A stretch of DNA of 64,000 nt from Ylistrum balloti. Lineage: Eukaryota. The DNA lies in assembly GCF_031769215.1 (NCBI RefSeq), contig NW_026782617.1:124001-188000 (forward strand), written 5' to 3'. The notes below the pieces were generated by a model. It did not search any database, was not told the DNA's origin, and saw only the letters and a list, made by a program, of their open reading frames with translations. Shown here piece after piece: positions 62,302 to 64,000 of the stretch. The translations under genes were made by a program, and so were the position numbers. How positions within the stretch are numbered: the first letter of the stretch is position 1; every line of letters starts with the position of its first letter.

Positions 62302-62440
62302 CAGGGTTTTCCGTAAGAGCCGGTCGCCGGCCAATTTGACCGGCTACTTTGATCATTTGGCCGCCTACGCCTACACCAATCCAGTTCCGTATTAATGTTA
62401 TGTACACTTTCATCACACTGATTTTAATTACATTTCTTTT
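62302..62440 (+). mobile_element. Probable DNA-transposon (hAT-like) terminal fragment
   Basis: CAGGGTTTTCCGTAAGAGCCGGTCGCCGGCCAATTTGACCGGCTAC: CAGGG start, CpG-rich CCGG subterminal repeats; no partner TIR seen in window. Confidence 0.5.
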
Positions 62441-62754
62441 GTTGTTTAGTCTTTATTTATCATACCTAGTTAGTATGTAATTAGTTAGTGTAAAGGTTCT
62501 AGAGATACATCAGAGTTGGGTTTATATTTATAACTGTCTATGCTCACATTATTAAAGGTCACAGATCAAATATGTACAAATATGAAAAATAAAAAAAAAA
62601 GTACAGTGACTTCTTCTCAGGAACCATAAGGCTTGGGGTCATATTTGTTAGTGTGAATGGAGGGATAAAATCTGTTTGGTTTGTAGCAACAAATGACCTT
62701 GACTCGAGTTTAAAAAAAACGAAGAACAACAATATTTAGAATAATGAAATAAAG

Positions 62755-63060
62755 ATGCCCAAATCATTTTTCCAATATCTGAAAATTAAGAATACAAGTG
62801 TCAATGAAACCTTCAACGCTATTGCATTGAAAATTACATTCTCATCTTTGTTAAATGTGAAATATTCATACCACAATAGACCCACATTTACACATAAAGT
62901 AGATCAAAGGTCTCCGTTAAGTGTCTTTTTGTCCCAGTTACCAAGATTTAGATGCCTACTCTATCCACGTTTGTCCTCCAAGGGCTACCATCATTGTAAC
63001 GAAGTTGGAAAACTTGACTGGATGGAGGAAAACTGTGTGATGTTTGATTGAGATCTTATG
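62755..63060 (+). mobile_element. Decayed LINE reverse transcriptase fragment
   Basis: FFQYLK...LNVKY...FTHKVDQRSPLS (cf. VK..S..F...GVxQGxxLSP), CLLY (cf. LLYADD), LDWMEENCVMFD (cf. LxxWCxxWxMxxN); catalytic DD absent. Confidence 0.4.
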
Positions 63061-63624
63061 TGTTTCTTCGTTTACAGATCAGATATCATAATGAGAAATG
63101 TGGACAACAGGATGTATTGTACTGTACACTAGAGTCTCCAAGCTACAGTAGTTAACCTGTGACACAGCTTCTGTAGAAACATTCCCAGCAGAGTTTCGCA
63201 TCACTAACAGTCATGTCATGTGGCATTTCTGTAGAATTGCTTGCCTGACCTAAAACATTATCATTTTTTGTCTGCTTCATTTATACAAATTTTCTACAAA
63301 TTGATTTTTGTGTGTATTTCTTGTCAATGGTTTTGAATGTTTAATCACTTTGATCCGTGTCAAGAGGTCTGTTTGGAATGTAGGGCCACTTCTTACAATT
63401 ACAGACCATTAACAGATTCATTCATCTCCTTGGCAATTTTCATTGCCTTGTGTTGTATCCATGCCTTCTCTCTCCACAGCATGCACAGTCGGATAAAATG
63501 TTCTGTAATTTTTGCGATAATTCAAATTCCATGTTATAACCTAATTTTGTTAAATCTTCTCAAGAAATGATGATCTTCAAATGTAATTGTTTGGTTTTAC
63601 TAGACTAGAATTATTTTTCTAGTT

Positions 63625-64000
63625 TATCAGCTCATCTGGCCCGAAGAGCCGAATAAGCATATGCCATCGTGTACAGCGTCTATTGTCTGTCCAGTGTTCA
63701 CTTTTCTGTTTAAACAATTCTTTTTCAATAGCCAATGATATTTGGCTAGAAGACTCCTTAAATATAGCCCATCAAAGTTTGTTTAAAAAGTTAACCTTGT
63801 TTCTTATTCAAAGTCACATAGGTCAAATTTTGTAAAAAGTTACAACACATTTTTCTCAATAACCAAAAGGCTTAAAATCTTGATGTTTGGCTAGAAGATT
63901 TTGGCATGAAGCCTCCTTTATATCTCAGAAACACAATCATGTTGACCTTTATTCAAGGTAACAAGTATCAATTTTATTAAAGCATTCAAACAACTTTAAC
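63625..64000 (+). mobile_element. HINE/Helentron-like non-autonomous element 5' portion (runs off window)
   Basis: Degenerate hairpin AGCTCATCTGGCCC-GAA-GAGCCGAATAAGC, remnant GTCC microsatellite, then ~150-bp internal repeats; structure matches bivalve HINE/pearl-like elements as I recall them. Confidence 0.55.

Overview
AT-rich, intron-rich animal genomic DNA, most consistent with a bivalve mollusc (inferred from the FReD gene, the SINE types and the minisatellite load). There are no prokaryotic features. The clearest gene is the 3' part of a + strand gene (448-4472). I reconstructed seven exons with compatible splice phases; they encode at least two Cys-rich three-finger (Ly6/uPAR-like) modules, one thrombospondin type-1 repeat and a C-terminal fibrinogen-related domain (FBG). 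The rest of the window is mostly intron-like. It holds a few well-formed but unidentifiable + strand coding exons (11-13 kb, 41 kb, 45.7 kb) and two promoter-like CpG-containing islands (24.2-24.7 kb, 54.7 kb). It also holds many decayed mobile elements: a DIRS-type tyrosine-recombinase retroelement, CR1/RTE LINEs, tRNA-derived SINEs, an internally deleted mariner, a PIF/ISL2EU-like SWIM fragment, MITEs and HINE-like elements. About a quarter of the window (rough estimate) is unrelated tandem arrays with 20-63 bp units, several with higher-order structure. The longest ORFs in the supplied track (512 and 578 aa at 32-34 kb; 205 aa at 59 kb) are artefacts of satellites. All domain and family assignments are by eye from remembered motifs; no database search was run.
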